Assembly (NCBI GenBank): GCA_043826085.1
Contig: JBDRQW010000110.1
Coordinates: 1-39,082 of the forward strand
Direction of reading: 5' to 3'
Source of the DNA: Candidatus Beckwithbacteria bacterium
GTDB taxonomy: Bacteria > Patescibacteriota > Microgenomatia > UBA1400 > CG1-02-47-37
DNA: 39,082 nucleotides
Part shown: positions 16,208 to 23,680 of the stretch, piece after piece
Numbering within the stretch: the stretch's first letter is position 1
Layout of the letters: each line of letters begins with the position of its first letter
The notes under the pieces: generated by a model
Database searches by the model: none
Told to the model about the DNA's origin: nothing
The model's input: only the letters and a program-made list of their open reading frames with translations
Translations under genes and position numbers: made by a program

Positions 16208-16777
16208 ATGATACTTTCTGATAAAGATATTAAAAAGGCATTAAAGGACGGTTTAATTAAAATTAAGCCAAAGTCAGATTTAAAAACACAACTAGGGTCG
16301 TGTAGTATTGATTTGCGTTTAGGAAAAAAGTTTAGGATTTTTAATCATAGTAAGTTTCCCTATATTGATCCTCGAAAAAAAGATTTAGCGTCAGATATTA
16401 CCGAAGAAGTGGTGGCATCAAGTAAGTATCCGTTTATTTTACAACCGGGAGATTTTGCCTTGGCGACTACGATGGAGTGGTTTAGTTTGCCAAATAACTT
16501 GTTGGCTCGATTAGAGGGTCGGTCGAGTCTGGGTAGATTAGGAATTGTGGTTCACTCTACGGCCAGCATTTTTGAACCAGGTTGGCGTGGAGTGGTGGTG
16601 ATGGAGCTTGGTAATTTAGGCAGAATGCCGGTAGCCCTTTATCCCGGGATGAGAGTCTGCGCTTTAACTTTTGAACAATTAACCAGTGAAGTTGATATGC
16701 CTTATCATAAAAAAAAGAGTGCTAAATATATAGACCAAAAAGAGCCGGAAGAGAGTAAAATTGGATTGGATGAATGA
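16208..16777 (+). CDS. dcd: dCTP deaminase
   Basis: MILSDKDIKKAL, CSIDLRLG, ARLEGRSSLGRLGIVVH and EPGWRGVVVMELGN are dCTP deaminase motifs. Confidence 0.9.
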   Translation: MILSDKDIKKALKDGLIKIKPKSDLKTQLGSCSIDLRLGKKFRIFNHSKFPYIDPRKKDLASDITEEVVASSKYPFILQPGDFALATTMEWFSLPNNLLARLEGRSSLGRLGIVVHSTASIFEPGWRGVVVMELGNLGRMPVALYPGMRVCALTFEQLTSEVDMPYHKKKSAKYIDQKEPEESKIGLDE

Positions 16778-18030
16778 AAAACAATCATACAAAAAAAGAG
16801 ATTGCCATTTCAGTTTTAAAAGCTATTTTTTCGGCAAGTGATGTGAAAAAATTTGAAAAAATAAGGGGGGTAATACTGTGTGGTTTGCCCGGGTGTGGCA
16901 AAAGCACGATTGCGGAGTTGCTTCATGATGCTTATGGTTTTGAAATTTTATCAACCGATCAAGTGAGAACAGAAGATTTATTTAAAGGTCAAAATCATCG
17001 AATGGCAAGTGAGCACATGAAAGTAATGTTAACTCGTTATGCTGTTTATGCCAAGTTGGGAGTGATGGTAAATAAGAAATTAAATGATAAAAAGAAAGTG
17101 GTGGTAGATGGGACTCATTTAGATGATAAACGTTTTAGTAATATAGGTGGAATGTTAGCTAAGATACCGAGCAACAAGATGGCAATTATTGTGGTTCGGA
17201 CACCAGAATGGATTATTAAAAAAAGATTCATGGATTGGGATAAAGAGAAATATGATGAATGGTGGAGTGTGTATAAATTTTGGATAGATTATATAAAGGC
17301 AGGGAAAGCTCAATTTCCAACGAAGAAGGAATTATCTAATCTACAAATTATTAAGCCTAAGTGTTATGCAATTAGAACCTTTGATTGGGTGACGGATATT
17401 AAAGCAATTGGCTGGGATTTGGATGGAACCCTTTATCATCCTAATTTAATTCCCAAGAAGATGTTTACAAGAAGACAGATAAAGGCGGTAATGGAAAAGA
17501 ATTGTTGGAGTAAATCAAAGGCAATAAAAGAATATGATCGGGCTTATGAGAAAATTGGTAGTCATACCAAAACTTTATTATCTTTGGGGGTTGACGGAGT
17601 TAGTTTATTTTTAAGAATTTGGGATGAGTTGCCATTGGATAAATATTTAAAAAAAGATAAAAAACTACAGAAAATGTTTAGAGCCTTGGGCAAGGTTAGA
17701 CACTTTATTTTGTCGAATGGAGGAACTGAAAAACAGATAAAAAGAAAGTTGAAGTTATTGGGCCTGAATTTGAATAAATTTGAAATAATTAGTTCTGGTT
17801 ATGATTTAGGATTGGTTAAACCTGATAAAAAAGTGTTTAAAGTCATGGCCGAGAAGATGAAGCTAGAGCCTGAAGAAATTTTGTATGTGGGCGATAGAGA
17901 AAAAGCAGATGTGATAGGTGCTAATAAAATTGGCATGAAAACTTGTTTGGTTTATGGAAAATCAAAAGAGGCCGATGTTTGTCTTAAAAATGTTTATGAA
18001 GTAGCGGGCTTGTTTGGTAAAGAAGTATGA
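16774..18030 (+). CDS. Fusion of a P-loop kinase (AAA_33/polynucleotide-kinase-like) and a HAD-superfamily phosphatase
   Basis: N-terminal domain: Walker A GLPGCGKST, STDQVR and VVVDGTHLDDKR. C-terminal domain: DxDGT (WDLDGTLY), SNG and GDREKADVIGANKIGM. There is an ATGA overlap with dcd. Confidence 0.6.
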   Translation: MKNNHTKKEIAISVLKAIFSASDVKKFEKIRGVILCGLPGCGKSTIAELLHDAYGFEILSTDQVRTEDLFKGQNHRMASEHMKVMLTRYAVYAKLGVMVNKKLNDKKKVVVDGTHLDDKRFSNIGGMLAKIPSNKMAIIVVRTPEWIIKKRFMDWDKEKYDEWWSVYKFWIDYIKAGKAQFPTKKELSNLQIIKPKCYAIRTFDWVTDIKAIGWDLDGTLYHPNLIPKKMFTRRQIKAVMEKNCWSKSKAIKEYDRAYEKIGSHTKTLLSLGVDGVSLFLRIWDELPLDKYLKKDKKLQKMFRALGKVRHFILSNGGTEKQIKRKLKLLGLNLNKFEIISSGYDLGLVKPDKKVFKVMAEKMKLEPEEILYVGDREKADVIGANKIGMKTCLVYGKSKEADVCLKNVYEVAGLFGKEV

Positions 18031-18051
18031 GGTTTAGTGGTAAGGGGGTGT

Positions 18052-18288
18052 TTAAGCGGTTGGTGGAGTTGAGCGATTTTCGGGTTGAAGCCTAATTTGT
18101 CTTAATTGGGCCAGGGCTTCTGCACTAGCATCTTTTAATTGTTGTTTTCTATGTTTGCTAAGCATGCTGTAACCTTCCATTGTGCCACGCAAATCTCGTT
18201 GTTTTGTTTTAGTGGGTTCTTGTGTGATTAACCTATTTTCTTTCATAGGTTGGATTTTAGCATAATTGTGCTTGTTAAATATGTCCAA
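18052..18288 (-). CDS. Hypothetical small protein (uncertain)
   Basis: It is the only ORF in the 278-bp gap, has no convincing RBS and shows no recognisable motif. Confidence 0.25.
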   Translation of the reverse strand: MDIFNKHNYAKIQPMKENRLITQEPTKTKQRDLRGTMEGYSMLSKHRKQQLKDASAEALAQLRQIRLQPENRSTPPTA

Positions 18289-18308
18289 TTGTTATACAAA
18301 TTAGAGAG

Positions 18309-19412
18309 ATGAAAATATATTTAGGTGGAGCAGTTACTTTAGGGAAAAAATCACAACCTCGATTAAAGAGAATCGAGAAAGAGTTAGTTAAGCTAGGGCA
18401 TAAGGTGGTTGGCGGAGCTTTAAAAAAAGAGGTTAAGTCAGAGAGTAGGGAGTCAGCCAGAAAACTATATGAAAGAGAGTTAAAGTTAATTGCCAAGTGT
18501 GATCTGATGATAGCTGAGGTAAGTCAGCCATCTTGGGGAACAGCTTTTTTGATTGAAGATGCGCTTGAGCATAGCAAACTAGTGCTGTCTTTGTTTTACA
18601 AAAACAACGGACATGATTTACCCTTAATGATTAAGGGGCACTCGGAGCTTTATAGTGAGCATTATGACGAGGATAATTTACATGCAATTTTAATAAAGAA
18701 TCTTACTCATTTCAAACAGATGAAGCGAAGGCGGGGTAAGTTGGTGGTGATAGATGGGGCTGATGGGTCGGGGAAGGCAACTCAGACTAAAAAGTTATTA
18801 AAGTATTTAAAAAAACAAAAGATTAAAAATAGGTATATTACTTTTCCAAGGTATTACACTTCGTTTCATGGCAAGCATGTGGGTAGATTTTTGACCGGAG
18901 AATTTGGAGGCAATAATGAGGTTAGTCCGTACATGTCCAGTTTAGCTTTTGCTTTGGATCGATTAACTGCCAGAGATGAAATTGTGGAGTGGTTGGAAGA
19001 AGGAAATGTAGTAGTGGCTGATCGGTATGTGTCAGCTTCGCTGGCTCATCAAGGCTCTAAGATGCCACCAAGAAAAAGGAAGGCATTTTTAGATTGGCTT
19101 TATGACATGGAGTATAAAGTGCATAAGTTGCCCAAGGAAGATATTGTAATTTATTTATATGTACCCGTAGATACCGCCCAAGCTTTGATTGGTAAAAAAG
19201 GTAAGCGGGGATATACTAAAGGGAAAGATGAGGCCGAAAAAGATCTGAAGCATCAAGCTAAGTCAATCGAGATGTATAAGGAACTTTGTAAACGATTCAG
19301 GCATTGGCAGATGATTAAGTGTGTGGATAGTAAGGGTGATTTATTGAGTATTAATCAGGTTCATGAACTAATTTTAAAAACATTAAAGGATAAAAAGATA
19401 ATTGGTGGTTGA
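18309..19412 (+). CDS. tmk: Fusion of a nucleoside 2-deoxyribosyltransferase/Rcl(DNPH1)-like domain and thymidylate kinase
   Basis: N-terminal part: MKIYLGGAV...CDLMIAEVSQPSWGTAFLIEDALEHSKLVLSLF (NDT-like fold with a Glu). C-terminal part: VIDGADGSGKATQ, ADRYVSAS and a LID-like region. Confidence 0.75.
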   Translation: MKIYLGGAVTLGKKSQPRLKRIEKELVKLGHKVVGGALKKEVKSESRESARKLYERELKLIAKCDLMIAEVSQPSWGTAFLIEDALEHSKLVLSLFYKNNGHDLPLMIKGHSELYSEHYDEDNLHAILIKNLTHFKQMKRRRGKLVVIDGADGSGKATQTKKLLKYLKKQKIKNRYITFPRYYTSFHGKHVGRFLTGEFGGNNEVSPYMSSLAFALDRLTARDEIVEWLEEGNVVVADRYVSASLAHQGSKMPPRKRKAFLDWLYDMEYKVHKLPKEDIVIYLYVPVDTAQALIGKKGKRGYTKGKDEAEKDLKHQAKSIEMYKELCKRFRHWQMIKCVDSKGDLLSINQVHELILKTLKDKKIIGG

Positions 19413-19438
19413 CATATTTTAAGAACAAGTTGTATAGT
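19409..19438 (+). promoter_or_regulatory. Sigma-70-like promoter TTGACA-18 nt-TATAGT
   Basis: TTGACA at 19409-19414 overlaps the tmk stop codon; TATAGT is at 19433-19438, preceded by TG. Confidence 0.5.
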
Positions 19439-19444
19439 TAAGTC

Positions 19445-19469
19445 CCAGAGCCACAAGCTCTGGTTTTTT
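19445..19469 (+). terminator. Hairpin CCAGAGC-CACAA-GCTCTGG followed by T6
   Basis: 7-bp stem at 19445-19451/19457-19463 and a T-tract at 19464-19469. It could be the intrinsic terminator of the tmk unit or the first leader hairpin. Confidence 0.6.
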
Positions 19470-19478
19470 AGAGGAAAA

Positions 19479-19523
19479 ATGGAAAAAATAGTAAAACGTT
19501 ATCAAATAATACAAAAAAAATAA
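19479..19523 (+). CDS. Candidate 14-codon leader peptide MEKIVKRYQIIQKK
   Basis: GAGGA lies 5 nt upstream of the ATG, and the stop codon is 4 nt before the second terminator stem. Confidence 0.3.
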   Translation: MEKIVKRYQIIQKK

Positions 19524-19527
19524 AGTT

Positions 19528-19551
19528 ATCCCGCGTCAGCGGGATTTTTTT
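19528..19551 (+). terminator. Attenuator-type hairpin ATCCCGC-GTCA-GCGGGAT followed by a T-tract
   Basis: 7-bp stem at 19528-19534/19539-19545 and a T-run at 19546-19551, followed directly by the AGGAG RBS and the ATG at 19564. Confidence 0.6.
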
Positions 19552-19563
19552 AAGGAGTTTTTT

Positions 19564-21051
19564 ATGAAAAAAGTAACAATGAGGATTGGCAAAAAGAAAG
19601 TGTTAGTAGATTATACTGTGCATTTTGGCAATTTAGCTTTAATGAATGAAAGTTTAAATTGGGGAGCGAGTAATAATTATCGAAAGCTAAATTTAGTTTA
19701 TGTGGATGTTCCGGAGATGGTGGGAATTACCGGAGCTTGTGAAAATGTAGATACTTTGTTTAAAGTGGTTAATCGTTTTGATATTCCCCTGTTTTTTACT
19801 CAAACCGGGCAGTTATCTTTAGAACAGGCCTTACAATCTTTCCATGGAGTATATACGGTGATTCACTCCGGCAGAGATGAAGAGATAGAAGATGAAAGAC
19901 ATTTAAGACAGTTTAGATTAACTGAGGAAGAGTTTGATTGTACTATGGTTGGAATGACGCGTGGAAAATATAATGAGGAGAAAATGTTTGAGGGATTACT
20001 TATTCATATTGAAAAAGCAATTAAGGGAATGATCGGGGGAGTGATTAAAGATAATCTGGAGGTAATGAAAAAAGTTTATCAACGAGATGTGAGTAAATTA
20101 AAACAAGTTTTAAAAAGCAATTTTTTTAGGATTAGTTATGAAGAGACGATTGAGTTATTAAATATTAATGGATTTAAAAAGTTAAAGTTTGGGGATGATT
20201 TAAAAGCCAATCATGAACAAAAGGTGGTAGAGTTGTTAAACAAAAAAGGTGGAGAAATTCCGGTATTTATTACCAAGTATCCAAAAGAAATTAAGTTTTT
20301 TAACATGAAGGTTTCAAAGAAGGATCCGAGAGTGGTTTTGTCAGCTGACTTAATTTTGCCTTATAGTGGAGAGTCAGTAGGCTCAGCCGTAAGAGAACAT
20401 GATTTTAATTTATTGAATCAAAGACTTTTAATCTCTGAAATGTATCGATTACATCTTGAGAGGGGTGGTAAATATAAAGATTTTGATTGGTACTTAAAGA
20501 TTATGAAACAGAAAAAAACTAGTCCTCATGCCGGCTATGGAATTGGGAATGAAAGAGTGTTGCAGTTTATTTTTGGCGAGTCAGATATTCGCAACGTGTC
20601 ATTAATGTCTTTATTAAATCGACAGTCAAAAGATTGGGATGTTAAACATTATGGCACAGCGGCTTTAATCAGTGAAGATAAAAAGCAGATTTTATTAACT
20701 ATTGGCAAGCTTAAAAATAAAAAAATCTTATTGCCGTTTATTAAAAAATTAGCCGGCAAGTCAAACTATACTTTGTATTCAACAGAAAATACTAGTAAGT
20801 TTTTGTCTGAAAATAACGTGAAGACTAGAATGGTCTATAAAATATCTCAAATTGGTCAACAGCCGAATATTAGCAACTTAATGGATAGAAGAGTCTTTGA
20901 CATTGTGATTAATATTCCAAGAGATTCAAAGATAAATGGTAGTTTAACAGATGGCAAGATGATTAGAAGATCGGCGGCTGAGGCGGGAGTATCTTTGATT
21001 ACTGATATTGAAATGGCTAAAATGGTAATGGATAATTTATGCCGAAACTAA
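19564..21051 (+). CDS. AsnRS/AspRS-type class II aaRS catalytic core lacking the anticodon-binding domain (AsnA-like), fused to a C-terminal MGS-like domain
   Basis: Class II motifs appear in order: YVDVPEMV; FFTQTGQLSLEQ; HSGRDEEIEDERHLRQFRLTEEEF; PVFITKYPKEIKFFNMK; SPHAGYGIGNERVLQF. The C-terminal region KKQILLTIGKLKNKKILLPFIKKL...VFDIVINIP...MIRRSAAEAGVSLITDIEMAK is MGS-like. Confidence 0.7.
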   Translation: MKKVTMRIGKKKVLVDYTVHFGNLALMNESLNWGASNNYRKLNLVYVDVPEMVGITGACENVDTLFKVVNRFDIPLFFTQTGQLSLEQALQSFHGVYTVIHSGRDEEIEDERHLRQFRLTEEEFDCTMVGMTRGKYNEEKMFEGLLIHIEKAIKGMIGGVIKDNLEVMKKVYQRDVSKLKQVLKSNFFRISYEETIELLNINGFKKLKFGDDLKANHEQKVVELLNKKGGEIPVFITKYPKEIKFFNMKVSKKDPRVVLSADLILPYSGESVGSAVREHDFNLLNQRLLISEMYRLHLERGGKYKDFDWYLKIMKQKKTSPHAGYGIGNERVLQFIFGESDIRNVSLMSLLNRQSKDWDVKHYGTAALISEDKKQILLTIGKLKNKKILLPFIKKLAGKSNYTLYSTENTSKFLSENNVKTRMVYKISQIGQQPNISNLMDRRVFDIVINIPRDSKINGSLTDGKMIRRSAAEAGVSLITDIEMAKMVMDNLCRN

Positions 21052-21959
21052 AAACTAATTTTTTAGGAATAGACTTTGAAAATCCTTTGATAATACCGTC
21101 GGGGATTTTACAGGAAGTTAATCAACATGAACTAGCTGAGAAATATGGTTTGGGAGGGGTTACAACTAAGTCAATGACGGTTGAGCCCAGGGAAGGCAAT
21201 CCGATTCCCAGAGTAATTAAATATGAATGCGGGATTTTAAATTCGGTTGGTTTGAGAAATCCGGGCATTAAAAAAGGAGCAAGGCTTTGGGGAGAGTTTA
21301 TAAAAAAAACCAAAATTCCGGTAATTTGTAGTGTGTTTGCGGTTAAGATTAAAGAATTTGTTCTATTGGCTGAAGAGGTAAAGAAGATCAAACCAGAGAT
21401 AATCGAACTAAATTTGTCATGTCCAAATGCTGTTGATGAGTTAGGAGAGCCATTGGGAACGGGAGTGGAATCAACTTATAAAGTAGTCAAGGCGGTTAGG
21501 AAAGCGGTAGGTAAAGAGGTAAAGTTAATGGCTAAGTTGTCTCCTAATGTGAGTGATATTGGTGAGATAGCCAGAGCGGCTGAAAAGGCCGGGGTAGATG
21601 CGATTAGTGCCATTAATACGGTTGGGCCCGGAATGGTGATTAATATTGATACTAGAAAGCCGATGTTGGGAAACATTGTTGGCGGGGTGTCAGGTCCGGG
21701 AATCAGGCCAATAGCGGTTCGGTGTGTTTGGGATATATACAAGAAGGTTAAGTTACCGATTTTAGGCATGGGCGGTGTGTCAAACGGGAAAGACGTGATT
21801 GAGATGATGATGGCAGGGGCAAGTTTGGTGGGGATTGGTTCAGCTTGGTATGCTCAAGGTTTTGGGGTTTATGAAAAAATCAAAAAGGAGCTATTGGAGT
21901 ATATGCAAAAGAATAAAATTAAGTCACTAAAAAAATTAGTGGGAGTGGCTCATGGTTAA
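21039..21959 (+). CDS. pyrD: Dihydroorotate dehydrogenase, class 1 catalytic subunit
   Basis: FENPLIIPSG, active-site ELNLSCPN, GVSGPGIRPIA and GMGGV are class 1 motifs. It overlaps the upstream gene by 13 nt. Confidence 0.9.
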   Translation: MPKLKTNFLGIDFENPLIIPSGILQEVNQHELAEKYGLGGVTTKSMTVEPREGNPIPRVIKYECGILNSVGLRNPGIKKGARLWGEFIKKTKIPVICSVFAVKIKEFVLLAEEVKKIKPEIIELNLSCPNAVDELGEPLGTGVESTYKVVKAVRKAVGKEVKLMAKLSPNVSDIGEIARAAEKAGVDAISAINTVGPGMVINIDTRKPMLGNIVGGVSGPGIRPIAVRCVWDIYKKVKLPILGMGGVSNGKDVIEMMMAGASLVGIGSAWYAQGFGVYEKIKKELLEYMQKNKIKSLKKLVGVAHG

Positions 21960-22236
21960 AGAAATTTTGTCGGATAGTGCTACTTACATTGCTCCTTGTG
22001 AGCAAGAAAGTTTGGTTAATTTATTTTATAAAAGAGGTGGCTATAAAGGAAGGCAGTGCAGGGAATGCGAGGAAAGAAATCCAGTTTATAAAGTTTTAAG
22101 CTTATCACCAAAAGGTGAAGTTGAAGGTTCATTTGGACCTAATTATTATTGTAAAACTCATGTACCAAATATTCATCAAGTAGTAGCAAGTCAAGGTAAT
22201 TATTGTGATCAATTATTTGGATCATTAAAAAAATAA
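21952..22236 (+). CDS. Hypothetical small Cys-containing protein (possible zinc-ribbon, CRECE...YYCKTH)
   Basis: 94-aa ORF that overlaps the pyrD stop by 8 nt and sits where pyrK is found in class 1B operons. Confidence 0.4.
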   Translation: MVKEILSDSATYIAPCEQESLVNLFYKRGGYKGRQCRECEERNPVYKVLSLSPKGEVEGSFGPNYYCKTHVPNIHQVVASQGNYCDQLFGSLKK

Positions 22237-22255
22237 ATTAATAAAGGATTAAAAT

Positions 22256-22885
22256 ATGAGTAAAGTAGTGGATATTTTAAAAAAAGTCGGGGCAGTGATT
22301 ACTAACGATCATTTTGTTTACACCTCAGGTAAGCATGGTGAAGCTTATATAAATAAAGATGCTCTTTATCCTCATACGGTAGAAACATCTGAGGTTTGTA
22401 AGTTAATGGCTGAGATGTATAAAGATGAAGAAATTGATGTGGTGGTTGGTCCAGCCTTGGGCGGGATTATATTATCTCAATGGGTGGCTTATCATTTATC
22501 TTTAATAAAAGGAAGGGAAGTATTGGGGGTTTATACCGTTAAAGATGAGGCAGGAAATCAAGTTTTTGATCGAAGAGGTTATGATAGGTTAGTAAAAGGC
22601 AAAAAAGTATTAGTGGTGGAGGATTTAACTACTACCGGGGGGTCAGTTAAAAAAACGGTGGATAGTGTGAAAGTTGCCGGTGGAGAAGTAATCGGGGTTT
22701 GTGTAATGGTTAATCGGGATCCTGAAAAGGTGACGAGTGAAGTGGTTGGGGCACCATTTAGGGCGGCAGGAGTGATTAGGGCTCAGGCATTTGATGAAAA
22801 AGATTGTCCGTTTTGTAAAGAAAATAGGCCGATTAATTTAGAGATTGGTCATGGAAAAGACTATTTGAGAAAGAGGGGTATATGA
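22256..22885 (+). CDS. pyrE: Orotate phosphoribosyltransferase
   Basis: PRPP-binding loop VLVVEDLTTTGGS in a type I PRTase fold, within the pyr operon. Confidence 0.85.
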   Translation: MSKVVDILKKVGAVITNDHFVYTSGKHGEAYINKDALYPHTVETSEVCKLMAEMYKDEEIDVVVGPALGGIILSQWVAYHLSLIKGREVLGVYTVKDEAGNQVFDRRGYDRLVKGKKVLVVEDLTTTGGSVKKTVDSVKVAGGEVIGVCVMVNRDPEKVTSEVVGAPFRAAGVIRAQAFDEKDCPFCKENRPINLEIGHGKDYLRKRGI

Positions 22886-23679
22886 GATTTATAAAAAAAT
22901 TAGAAAAAGTGGTAAAAGAAAAAAACTCGTTGGTGTGTGTGGGATTGGATAGTAACTTTGATAAGTTACCGGATCGCTTTAAACAATTAAAGTGCCCTCA
23001 GTTTGAGTTTAACAGGTGGATTATTGATCAAACAGTAGATTTTGTTTGTGCTTATAAGCCAAATTTTGCTTTTTATGAAGCTAGGGGCGAGCGGGGTTGG
23101 TTGGAGTTGAGAATGACTATGGAGTATTTAAGACATGACCACTCCGGAGTGGTAACGATAGCTGATGCTAAAAGAGGGGATATTGGTAATACCAATCAGG
23201 GGTATGTAAAAGCCATTTTTGACGATTTAGGATTTGATGCAGTGACAGTTAATCCGTATTTTGGACGGGAGGCTTTACAGCCGTTTTTAGAAAGAAAAGA
23301 TAAAGGGATAATTGTGCTTTGTCGAACCTCTAATCCCGGAGCGGGCGAGTTTCAAGATTTAAAAGTTGATGGCAAGCCGGTTTGGCAGATAGTAGCTGAG
23401 AAAGTTAGAGATGATTGGAATAAGCACGGCAATTGTATGCTAGTGGTCGGAGCTACATACCCTGAAGAGCTTTACAAGGTACGGAATCTTGTAAAAGAGA
23501 TGACTTTGTTGGTGCCGGGGATTGGAGCTCAGGGAGGAGATGTAGAGAAGACTATAAAAGCCGGGTTATGTTCTAATAAAATGGGTTTGATAATTAATTC
23601 TTCAAGGGGAATAATTTTTGATAAAAATCCTGGCTTGGCAACAATGAAACTAAGAGATAAAATAAATCAATATCGATAA
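22882..23679 (+). CDS. pyrF: Orotidine 5-prime-phosphate decarboxylase (type 2)
   Basis: LVCVGLD, YKPNFAFYE, ADAKRGDIGNT and LVPGIGAQGG are type 2 motifs. There is an ATGA overlap with pyrE. Confidence 0.9.
   Translation: MRFIKKLEKVVKEKNSLVCVGLDSNFDKLPDRFKQLKCPQFEFNRWIIDQTVDFVCAYKPNFAFYEARGERGWLELRMTMEYLRHDHSGVVTIADAKRGDIGNTNQGYVKAIFDDLGFDAVTVNPYFGREALQPFLERKDKGIIVLCRTSNPGAGEFQDLKVDGKPVWQIVAEKVRDDWNKHGNCMLVVGATYPEELYKVRNLVKEMTLLVPGIGAQGGDVEKTIKAGLCSNKMGLIINSSRGIIFDKNPGLATMKLRDKINQYR
23138..23153. repeat. 16-bp perfect palindrome ACCACTCCGGAGTGGT (family F core) inside pyrF
   Basis: An 18-nt run, ACCACTCCGGAGTGGTAA, is identical to the intergenic 22-mer ATTACCACTCCGGAGTGGTAAT. It is translated as DHSGVV. 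Confidence 0.7.
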
Positions 23680-23680
23680 T

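Noticed and set aside
19441-19466. I considered whether the first leader hairpin is a PyrR-binding loop, since GUCCCAGAGCC resembles the ARUCCAGAGAGGYU consensus.
   Set aside because: Only a partial match exists, the motif lies in the stem rather than in a terminal loop context, and no pyrR gene is in the window. The resemblance is too weak to call.
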